A stretch of 64,000 nucleotides of DNA, taken from Selaginella moellendorffii (Eukaryota > Plantae > Lycopodiophyta). The number at the start of each line of letters is the position of its first letter. Position 1 is the stretch's first letter. Positions 1 to 11,359 of this stretch are shown piece by piece. The notes beneath the pieces were generated by a model, which was not told the origin of the DNA, made no database searches, and worked only from the letters and a program-made list of their open reading frames with translations. The stretch lies in contig NW_003314271.1 of the NCBI RefSeq assembly GCF_000143415.4, positions 310,001 to 374,000 on the forward strand. Direction: 5' to 3'. Position numbers and translations under genes: made by a program.

Positions 1-816
1 GGTAGATGCAAGAACCAGTTTCAGCACAAAAAACCTGCGCAAAAAGATCGAATTCGTCCAGAACAAGAACAAGGGCCTTGTGTGAGAGAGAAAACTGCCT
101 GGGAGGACACTTAAGCACATAAAAATGGAACCTTGGTCACGTAAAAGAGGCACGTACTCCAGAATGACAGTCAGGAAGCGCAAGTTCTCCTCAAAGGATG
201 CCTGCGGGGAGAAAGAGCGTGAATAAAGGAAAATAATTCCAAAGAACTCACAGCTTTGGAAAACTCGAGCTCGTGTTCCACGCATAGTTGCTTTGCAATC
301 TCCTGGCATCAACATCACTCAAAACGTTATTCGTGAAAAGCGAGCGACTTCATACACACCTTTAAGGCACTTCGATCATCGGCATGTAAAAGACCATTCA
401 GCCTAACCTGAGAACGAAAACAACAGAACAAAAGTTTTAGAGGTGAGATAACAAACAAAAGATCTTCCCTACGATCGAAATTCGATCCGGAAAAGTCTCC
501 TGGATTTCTCTCAAAACGTGCTCGAGCACCTACATTGGGTGCTAATGTTAAAACCAGAAAGAAACCAATGTAGCTAGAACGGGTACCATGGATTTACCAC
601 AGCCTCGGGGCCCAAGAAGCAACGCTGAATTGTTGCACGCTTGACAAATCGTGTGCCTGAAAAGATCATACAGTTTCCTGGAGAGGAAAAAAGTTGCGCC
701 GAGCGACCAAAACTCGAAAATTCGCCCCACCTTCGATTCTCCTCGGCGCTTGCGAACACCGGAGACGCTCGCGGATCGTAGAGCCGGCAACGGAGAATCT
801 GCATTGCCGCGTCCAT
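1..816 (-). CDS. ORC4: Origin recognition complex subunit 4 (5' part; multi-exon, continues beyond window start)
   Basis: ATG at 816 (MDAAMQILRCRLYDP); next exon RKLYDLFRHTICQACNNSALLLGPRGCGKS (Walker A) matches the plant ORC4 N-terminus; later exons read LNGLLHADDRSALK and KALVLVLDEFDLFAQ (Walker B). Confidence 0.85.
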
Positions 817-959
817 CGTAAACCCAAGAACCCTAAAAATGAAAATGCTCTTAGCTACGTGGCAGGGGAATCTGTCCACCTCTGTTGCCACGTCGACTGA
901 CACGTCACAACACTTGGTATAGAGAAGGGGGAAAGTTTAGGGCAGCTAGAAAGGAATCC
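817..959. promoter_or_regulatory. Putative bidirectional promoter, ORC4/GEN1
   Basis: 143 bp between divergent ATGs; contains telo-box-like AACCCTAA (829-836) and ACGT-core ABRE-like motifs (ACGTGGC 857-863, GCCACGT 887-893). Confidence 0.5.
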
Positions 960-3104
960 ATGGGCGTTGGGGGAGGATTTTGGGAGCTCGTCAAGCCGCT
1001 GCGCCATAGCTCCGACGATCTGTCAACGCTTCAGGATAAGCGCCTCGCGATCGATCTGTCGCATTGGATCGTCCAGCAGGAGGCCGTGCTCAAAGACAGG
1101 GCGCGCAAGCCTCACTTGCGTCTTTTGTTCTTCCGCGTCGTCACGCTTGTTGCCAAGGCAAGATTGCCGGTTTTTCTGCTCGATTTCTCAAGAAATTTTC
1201 ACTCCAGGTCGGTGCATTGCCTGTTTTCGTGGTGGATGGAGACGCGCCATTGCTGAAGCTGCCTGCGAGGATCGAGCGCTTCAGTCGCTTGTCCGGAATT
1301 CCTGCCGCTCAGCTGAATGGAGGTGATAATCATCGGAATCGGGCTTTCCTCGAGAATGTAGAAGAGTGTGTGGTAAGTTTTCTTACGTCCATGAAGATTT
1401 CCTTCACGAAAGTTTCTCTCTATAGGAACTTCTGGGCTTGCTCAACGTACCGGTGTTACGTGCAACGAGCGAGGCGGAAGCCTTGTGTGCGGAGCTGGAG
1501 CGAAATGGCGTTGTAGACGCTTGTGTGACACCCGACAGTGATGCATTTCTTCACGGTGCGAGCTGTGTGATTCAAACCTTGCAAGCGGACATCAAAGTAA
1601 GGTGGGGATTCTTCTCTAAAGCTGCTGTAATTGTGGGAAGTCTGACAGAAACCTCTTGTGGAGTCGTATCTTGCTTCAGACATCAGACTTGCGTTGCAAC
1701 TCGAACGAGAACATCTTATTGCGTTAGCTCTCCTCGTAGGTTGCGACTACAATTTGCGTGGAATACCTGGTGTTGGCTACAGCAATGCAATGCGCCTAGT
1801 TCAGCATTTTTCTAAAGACGAGATCCTTGACAAGTAAGCCGGTTTTTATCTTTTATTTTTGTTGTCTTATTGCTATCGATCTTAATTTCCTTGCTAATGG
1901 ATCAGTCTTCGAAAATGGGGAAGGCGTGAGTATCCATCACCAGAAGTTATAGGAAAATTAAGTGATTCGGCAAATGGATTCGACAGCAAAGAAGGAGATG
2001 ATGCTGCATTGCAGCTTGGACGAAGAAAAGATTCTCATTGTTCTATGTGTGGGCATCCCGGGAACAAGAAACTTCATACCAAGCTAGGCTGTGAAGATTG
2101 CGGGTCATTGAACACTGCCGGATGCTCTCAAAAAACGAAGAACTTCAAGTGTGGCTGCGGGAGTTGCGCACAGGTATTATATGTAAGATACTTTTTGCGC
2201 CAGGTTTCTAACACTGTTGTTTGCAGGATCGAAGAAGAAAGAAGCATGAGAAAGATGTGACATGGTGGTCAAATCTCCGTGCAAAAATTTCTGCGATTGA
2301 AGACTTCCCAAACGAAGAAATTATTGAGATTTTTCTGAATACTGGGGCCACTAGTTATCTCAGAGGTTCGTATAAACGCTTCAAATACATACCTGTGAGC
2401 GTCAACTTTTATGTTTCAGAAGGGCAGTCCTTGGATCTTCGGTGGGAAGCTCCTAAAATGGAACCTCTAGAACTATTTCTCGGTTCGCATTTGCATTGGG
2501 ATGTAAGTTATATTCGTAAGAAGACACTTCCACTACTGTCACACTATTCTCTAAAGGCCATCGCGGAAGGTTCTTCCATGGCCCTTCTCAACGGTCGATA
2601 TATTCCTACCTCTATACTGAAACTCAAAACGAACGTGGGAAAGCCACTGTACGTAGTGAAGTGGAATGCGGTGGACAGCTTTGGCGGGCCCGGGGGAGAA
2701 ACGAATGAGGATTCCATTACAACTGACGAACAGATTTCGTTAATCAAAAGAGCTTGTCCGGCTCTTGTTTCGAAGTTTGAAGATCAGCAGGTAAACTGTT
2801 TCTTACTCAGTTATACAATCTTTTCTTTCTTTCGTTCTTTCTTTTTTGTTTTCTTATGTTGTTTTAGAAGTTCAAGAGACCGACTAGACGGGAAAAGAAA
2901 GAACCCGATCCAGATCAAAGGAATATCATGTCCTTCTTCAAAGTAAAGTCCAAACAAGTTTCTTGCGAAGGAAGTGGCGTAGAGCTGTTGGCACCCACGG
3001 CTTTTCGTAAGGAATCTAACTCCTTGTCAAGCAAGCAAATTATAGACCTGGACTCGTCGGATGAAGATGATGTTCGGGTATCTGTCAAGAGGCGGCTATT
3101 TTGA
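960..3104 (+). CDS. GEN1: Flap endonuclease GEN-like / Holliday junction resolvase (XPG/Rad2 family), multi-exon
   Basis: MGVGGGFWELVKP...LAIDLSHWIVQ...KPHLRLLFFR (XPG-N); EAEALCAEL...DACVTPDSDAFLHGA (XPG-I); LLVGCDYNLRGIPGVG (H2TH); plant HCSMCGHPG motif; stop TGA 3102-3104 after VKRRLF. Intron 1 is GC-AG (1158-1207). Confidence 0.9.
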
Positions 3105-3262
3105 TGAGATCGGGTATGTGAACGTCGTTTTCTACGTCTTCTTTGTTTCTGTTTTTCCTTTTTTTCCTTTTTTTCCTTTTAACAACTTCTTGTTCTGGTG
3201 GTCAGGCATCTAATTAAATAGTTGCCAGCACCGGAAGTACAAAATTATTAGAACGAGGCGTT

Positions 3263-4487
<1,225 letters not shown>

Positions 4488-6331
4488 TACCTCCTGTCTC
4501 ACGAGAAGCAGAAACAGGAAACGAGGAGGTAAGGATCAATCAGCTTGATTCATTTGCAGATGTTTTCTTCTCTTGCAGTGTGAGCCTTTTATAGCTGCAA
4601 GTTTCCTCGGCTAACGTTCGCACAATCATATTCATATGGAAGTGGACACGAAATTTGAGCCTTTAACAAGAGTTCGATCGTGGATGGCGTGCGACTCCCA
4701 CGTTTCCTTGTTTGAATTCGAATTTTTAAATTGTGGCGCGAATTATTGTGAGGCGAACATCGAGTCATACAGGTATGCTGCCTACTTTTTCCACGATTAA
4801 TGTTTCTTTTTGTTTTTCCGAGAGATCAGCAGCAGATTCAATGAAAACTTGCTTCATTTCCTATGATACTGCAGCTGAAACTAATGTACTCTACGCGGCT
4901 CAAGTTAAACGGAAGCTAAATGATTTATTGACGCTCTATTATTGTACACGCGATTTCAGTAAGCTCATAGTGGTCAAAATTTTCTAATAGATTAGTCCCC
5001 TGCTAGATCTTATAGTTTTGTTTGCTGTTTCCAGCGAAGCGAAGAACGCACGCCCATGTCGATCGGGTTTACCACGTCTCGCAAAGTAAAGGTACAGACG
5101 TGACTGTTGCGGTTACTAAGCAGAGTCTGCAAACACGCAGCGTCACGATGTCTGGGAGATGAGAAAGGTCTTTTTAGCTTTATATTTTTCTCGCTGATGC
5201 CCTTGTGAAGGTTTCAGAGAACGGGACTTCACCACCAAATAGGAATCCGCAGCGTTTTAGAGGAATGCGAACCTAAAGTCCGATTCAATGTTTAGTTGGG
5301 AAGGTACGACATACTTTGGATACCTCTTTACGAGCCGGGTGCTAAACAGGCAAACAGAAGCTGGTTGTTGACGGAACAAGTCTTCAAGGCTGACGGTACA
5401 CCAGACGTTCTTCTACTTACACGAATGTCTGACGAGATGTTTACTGTAAACGCTGCAGAATAGCTGTGGAAAAAGCACAAAGGTGATTTTGTTCACGTTC
5501 TGTCATTATTTGACAGGAAAGGTTCATTTCGAGGCAGCAGTCAACCGTGGTTGACATGCCAGTGCAGTCCAACATTAGGACTGTGCTCATTCATTGCGAG
5601 AGATCAAGGAAAAGGCAAGTATGTGCTGTTTAGATCCGGTTTACTTTTCTAATCGCAATTTCATTGGAAGACTAGCTCGAGCGCGTTGAGAGGCTCGAAA
5701 GCAAGCCCGAAGCCAACTTGCTCGACAGTGATGGCGAGAAACGAGAACTAAGAAACTTCGAGCTTACAGGGAGTACGAAGCATTACTTCTTTACTGGCGA
5801 AGGTCTATTCTGAAAAGCTTGTACGCTAAAAGTCGTCAGGAATCGTTTGCTGCTTTTGGAGGCGAATAGAAAAATGTGACGCGCTATGGGCGGCAGCACG
5901 AGAAGAATCGGCTTCGGTGGGTTATTGAGCTTTCCAGCTGTCTGATTAAAATGTGTTTTCAACGTTGGTAACATGGCTTGCTCGCAGGCTATCACGTACA
6001 AGCAAGCAGCGTCACGGGAAGCAATATAAACAAGTCTTCGTCAAGAACGAGCGACGGATTGTGAAAGGCAAGAGATGGAAACTTGGGGGGCTTTAATCGC
6101 GAGGAAATCTCCCGTTTGCTGGTAATTACCAGCATTCGTATCTGGAAAGATCCGGGTCAGCGACGAGAAACAGAAAGCGTTACGCAAGCTTTGTCCGCGC
6201 AGTGCATGCACTGAAGTAACGGGGGGGTGGATCAAAGTTGGTTGAGCTGGAACTTGAATGCTCCAGTCACTCTTGGTGGGCGTTTGATGAAAAGGAAGGC
6301 GAGGATCTATCATCGACGAAGAAGATGAGCG

Positions 6332-7822
6332 ATGGTCGTCGCCAGGGATCAGGCTATGGTAGTACAGCGCAGGACGATGGCAATGCTGTTAACTCGACTC
6401 GTTCTCGCCACTTTGTTCGCCGTTTGGGTGGTATGGAACTTCGTACCTCTGGAGCAGCTCCAATCCTTCACTGCTCCACCAGCGGCAGAGATCAGATTTA
6501 GCCACAGCGTAGAGCAGCACTACAAGTTCTCGGGCCACAACGATGGTGGTTCTTTGTCCGAGGAGATGGAACTGGGCTGGAAGAAGAAGGAGATCATCGA
6601 CAGCTTGAGGAGTGGAAGTGATACATCGTCACGGGTGGTTTCATCGGGTTCCCCCTGTTCCGGCCGAGCTATCTACATTTACAAGCTCCCGGAGAGATTC
6701 AATCGGGCTATACTCGAGCAATGCGGGACATTTCTCCCGTGGTTCAGCATGTGTGACTACTTCACAAACTCGGGTATGGGAGTCCCAGTGCAGAGCTCCA
6801 GTTCTTCGGTTCTAGCACCAGCAGGGAAGTGGTTCCAGACCAACCAGTACGCTCTCGACGTTCTCTTCCACCAGAGGCTACTCCACTATCCATGCCTCAC
6901 GGACTCTCCAGAGGAAGCGTCGCTCTTCTACGTTCCATACTACGCCGGCCTCGACGTTCTCAGGTACCACTACACCAACGAGACGCTGGAGCAGAAGAAC
7001 GAGCTCGGGCTGGAAGTGATGGATCTCCTCAAGCGGCAGCAGTGGTGGTGGCGGAGGAATGGCAGGGACCATCTCTTGGTGATGGGAAAGATCACCTGGG
7101 ACTTTCGCAGGAACAACGAGACAATGTGGGGGAACACGCTGCTCAAGATGGCCGAGTTCGAGAACATGACCAAGCTTCTCCTGGAGCGAGATCCCTTCGA
7201 GCCAAACGAGATCGCAGTGCCACACCCGACTTACTTCCACCCGAGCTCCGACTCCGACATAAGCACCTGGATCTCACGCATCGCTTCCTCCAGCAGGGAC
7301 AATCTCGTCAGCTTCGCCGGGATGCCGAGGGACCCCGAGCACCTCCGGACTCACCTCATCAACCAGTGCAAGGATCGCCCAGATCGCTGCAAGCTGCTGG
7401 CCTGCTCGGGGAATCTGTGCGACAGTCCGGAACCGACCATGGAGCTGTTCTTGAGCTCCCAGTTTTGCATGCAGCCGCCGGGGGACAGTGCCACCCGACG
7501 CTCGGTCTTCGATTCTCTCATCGCCGGGTGTATCCCAGTGTTGTTCGACGCCGACACCGCTTACTTCCAGTATGCGTGGCACCTTCCCGAGGACTCGTCC
7601 TCGTACTCGGTGTTCGTGTCGGCCAGCGATGTCAAGAGGCGGAGAGTGGACGTGGTGGACGTGGTGGAGCACATCTCTCCCAGGCAGAGGCTGCTCATGA
7701 GGAGGAAGATTATCGAGGAGATTGTTCCTGGGTTGCTCTACGCGCAGCCGGGGACGAGGCTGCTCAAGTACCGGGATGCGTTTGACACCACCATCGCCAG
7801 GTTGTTGCAAAGAGGTAAATAA
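6332..7822 (+). CDS. Exostosin/GT47 glycosyltransferase, xyloglucan galactosyltransferase (MUR3/KAM1 clade)-like, intronless
   Basis: 496-aa ORF with N-terminal TM segment, CSGRAIYIYKLPERFN, WFQTNQYALDVLFH, GRDHLLVMGKITWDFRR, PHPTYFHP and FCMQPPGDSATRRSVFDSLIAGCIPVLF. Confidence 0.92.
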   Translation: MVVARDQAMVVQRRTMAMLLTRLVLATLFAVWVVWNFVPLEQLQSFTAPPAAEIRFSHSVEQHYKFSGHNDGGSLSEEMELGWKKKEIIDSLRSGSDTSSRVVSSGSPCSGRAIYIYKLPERFNRAILEQCGTFLPWFSMCDYFTNSGMGVPVQSSSSSVLAPAGKWFQTNQYALDVLFHQRLLHYPCLTDSPEEASLFYVPYYAGLDVLRYHYTNETLEQKNELGLEVMDLLKRQQWWWRRNGRDHLLVMGKITWDFRRNNETMWGNTLLKMAEFENMTKLLLERDPFEPNEIAVPHPTYFHPSSDSDISTWISRIASSSRDNLVSFAGMPRDPEHLRTHLINQCKDRPDRCKLLACSGNLCDSPEPTMELFLSSQFCMQPPGDSATRRSVFDSLIAGCIPVLFDADTAYFQYAWHLPEDSSSYSVFVSASDVKRRRVDVVDVVEHISPRQRLLMRRKIIEEIVPGLLYAQPGTRLLKYRDAFDTTIARLLQRGK

Positions 7823-9051
7823 CTACATGCATGTAAATTGGATCGGTCATAAGAAATCTAGAGCTGGATTAGATTTAGAGTTGGATTTCCTCTAAATCTA
7901 TAACCACAATTTTTCTTTAAAAAACCAGATTAAGGAGTATTCTATGATACCAGGATATTCTTGGTATACCGGATATTCTAAAAATATCTCCTCTTTACTC
8001 TAACGGTTGCGATTTCCGCAGTTAAACTTTCTCTAATTCTTTTGTAATCAGTGTTTGTCCTTGCTTCTTACCAACTAGCTAAACATCAAACAAAGCCTGT
8101 GCTCATAGAAAAAAGAGAGTTACTTATCAGTCTATCCCTCCTGGGGACAAGATAAATTGACCAGCACAAAAACAAATCCCTTAGTCATTTTGGCAACTTG
8201 TAGATTTTGGGGGAGGTATACCTCTGTACCTGGGGTGGGTGGCCTAGTAAAAATTGCGTTATATTGCAATATATATATCATTGTTTGAATTGTTTAAACC
8301 TCATCTTTCATATATAAATTTTTAATCTATGTCAATTTATTTGCCACATCACTATCTTCTTTTTTTGGCAAGAATGGCAAGAATGAGTGGTGAGATGATT
8401 TAAACCAGGCATCCTAGATGGAGCTTGATGTTCAATGGCTACATGCAATGGGGTCTAATCTAGAGTCTAGCCAATCTTTACCTCAGAATAAGCAAGAATC
8501 GTGCCATATGCATTGCAATATAGCACTCAAACTCCTCACCAAAAGTTTTGATCCAAGGGACTAGAATCTCATAGCATTCATAAGCGATTGGTAGAGATTG
8601 TGGCTGGCAACTTGGATGAGCTAGATTGTGTGATTCTGCTGTTGGGCAACACGTTCTAAGCATTTCCACCCAATTGTATCTGGCAATCTTAGACATGTAT
8701 TTGTTATGGGCAATTTTAGTTGACATGGGTTGGATTCATATCTGGCATTTTGCCAAATTATATTACACACAATCACGTTTCAATTATTATGCATTATAAT
8801 ACTGTGTGCAATTGAAAACAAAAAAAATACACATGTGTAAATAAAAAATGCACTCATGTGCAATTATGCCATATGATTGGGCATCAATATTATAGCATTC
8901 ATTTTAAAAATGCGTAGCCTTTAAATAATAAAATTGTTTCTTAAAAATGTAATCTGCATAAGAATTCTATTAAAGGTTAGCAAATTTTTCAAAAACACTT
9001 TTTGTTCTCCAAACGAGGGTTTTAAACGAATTATGTTCGAACTGAAGCTTC

Positions 9052-11064
9052 ATGGCGGAGGGGAAACGGGTCAAGGTAAGCGAAGTTCTTGTGGGTTTGG
9101 GCTCCGAAGAATGGAGCGTGCCAAGCGGCACGACAGTGAAAGAGGTGATCCAGATGATTCTCTCGTCACGGGGTTGTAGCAGCTCCAAAATAGTCCTCGA
9201 GGCGCATGTCGATCAGGATGGGAGCGTCATCCCTCTCCCCGACACTTTGAAGCTAACGGAGATCGAGGGCTGGAGATACAAAGCCAGAGCGGAGGTGGTG
9301 CTCAAACCTCGTCGGTTTGCAACTGGCGTCGCGATACAAGACCCCACTGAATGCTTCTTTGTCGAGCCCGAAGGCGCTCAAGCTCTGGCCGAGGACCTCG
9401 TCGCTGGCCGCTACTGTGTTGTGTGTGACCGAAGGCAGAGCGGGAAGACCACCCTGCTCTACGCGGTTGCGAAGAGATTGGAACAGTCGGGCTTGGTTCC
9501 GGTTTACATCGGGGGCTTGAGCAGCGCGGCCAAGGGCTGGACTTCTTCAGATATGTGGAGAGACTTGTGCAGGAGGTTACACCTTGCGTGCCCGGCTTTG
9601 TTTGCGGAACAGAAGCACGAAGGGATGTGTGACGATATCGTCTTCATGAGCATGTTCCGCAAAACAGTGCGAGTCAGTTGCAAGGTGGTGGTCATTCTAG
9701 ATGAAGCAGATACCCTGCTCAAGCTCGACCCGGGCTGCCTAGACGTCTTCTTCCATACAATCAAAGACATGAAGTCACAGAGGGCCTCCTACAACCTGTG
9801 GGCATTTGCTCTGGCTGGTGTCGAGACGATCAAAGACCTGCTCGAGGCACGGTATGACAGAGGAAGGCATGCAGCAAACGAAGGGTACCTTGAAAGCGCT
9901 GCGCCGAGCAGATTGTCTCCTTTTCCGCATGACTTGTCACAAGCTTTGCGTCCGTTCACCGTGGAAGAAGTGATCAGTCTCATGGAGCAGGCCAACGAGG
10001 AGCACGGAGGGAAGATTCTGCAGGTGGTGGAGGTGGCAACACACATCTGGCAACAGACTTCGGGGCACAAAGGATTGGTCGGGACTTGCCTGGCTTATAT
10101 GATCCAAGAGGAAGCTTTTACGTTCAAGTCTTGGCTGGAACTGTCGGATTCATTCAAGCTCGGCCGCCACCTCTTCGGACAGGCAACGTATGCCCGAATC
10201 ATGTCCTTCTTCAGGAAGACGTCCACCATTTCTCAAGCGCTGTACGATCTTCTGGTCGGCTTCCTCGAACAGGAGAAGCGCGAGCTACAGAGCGTGGTGC
10301 ACCTCCGTGATTTGCTGGCTGAAGGCGTATTGACTGCCGTATCATCCGAAGACGATAAGTACCAAGTTAGCATATCGTCTCCGCTGCTTCGTACGGCCAT
10401 ACTTCGACGGTGTTCTATCTGCGGCCAGCAGGCCGACGATCCTCCAGCACCCCGCCATCTTGTGAACCGAACTTGGCTCGTCCAGCAGGCAATCAGGACG
10501 CTCGACTACGACTGCATTTGCAGGTGAGCTTTGCGGCTTTCATGTGTGCTCGTTCATCTTTTGATGTTTCCATGCAGGCCCGAGTGCTCCGAGTACTCCC
10601 ATCAGTTCATTTTCATGTGCAGGGTTAAGGCAGTGCTGCAATCGGCCTACCCCTTTGTTGGTGCGGTTGTCCTCCCTGAGGTGAAGGAGGTTCCGGTCGA
10701 AGGTGTCCGACGCAGCCAGTTGCGCCTCCATACCTTAGTCCGCGACCATCAGCACTTTCCAAGGTTCGGGTTTGAATATGTTGTCGATGCAGACGTGAAG
10801 AGCTTGAGAGCTCACTACCAGAAGTCCGTAGACTACAGTAAGCAGCACTCTGCACAGGTCTACTTGATCAACTTTACTCTGCGCAAGGATCCTTTGGAGA
10901 TTAAACCAGATGACGAGTCGATATACTTCTGGGGGGTGCGGTTTGATCCCGAGGACCAGACTGCAACCGTGACTAGTTTGGATGCGACTGGTGCACGGGA
11001 GGCAGCTGTTCTGAGCCTACGCAATTGGACTGGCAAGCTCAAGTTTGATGACTTGGTGGGATGA
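9052..11064 (+). CDS. Putative ubiquitin-like header + P-loop NTPase + PD-(D/E)xK-like domain protein (Crinkler/CR-effector-like); 2 exons, 652 aa
   Basis: ORF 9052-10523 joins ORF 10578-11064 in frame via a GT-AG intron (10524-10577, AG|GTGAG...TGCAG). Walker A RRQSGKTT, Walker B VVILDEAD, TSGHKGLV motif; the C-terminal segment SEYSHQF..PEVKE..RLHTLV..FGFEYVV..H...S..Y..VYLINF resembles a restriction-endonuclease fold. Confidence 0.65.
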
Positions 11065-11359
11065 AATACCAAGTGCTTAAAGAATGGCATCCTGAAATCT
11101 TCATGATTAAAGCTTAAATGAACTGCTCTGGATTATACATTATTGTAAAATAATGTATCAAAGGGTTCAGTCCTTTTGCATGGCAATTCATTTAAATTTC
11201 AGCGCTTTTGGATGAAAAGCCTGATTGAGAGGAGGCACACATAAGCAAACAGCAAAGTCGGGAACAGAAGAGAGTACGCTACAATCATCAAGCTGCTCGG
11301 GGCAATCGTTAAGGAAAAAAAACACTTAAATTTATCATAATTTTAACATAGTTTGTAAC

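Noticed and set aside
6829-7785. 318-aa alternate-frame ORF and antisense ORFs overlapping the GT47 gene
   Set aside because: Low-complexity R/G/P/A composition expected from GC3-rich coding DNA; no motifs.
7870-7900. 11-bp hairpin TAGATTTAGAG/CTCTAAATCTA after the GT47 stop
   Set aside because: A single AT-rich stem with no associated element end or miRNA-length duplex.
8360-8762. Weak inverted-repeat pair (TTTGGCAA...TTGCCAAA) suggesting a MITE upstream of the CR-like gene
   Set aside because: The match is short and imperfect, and no TSD was identified.
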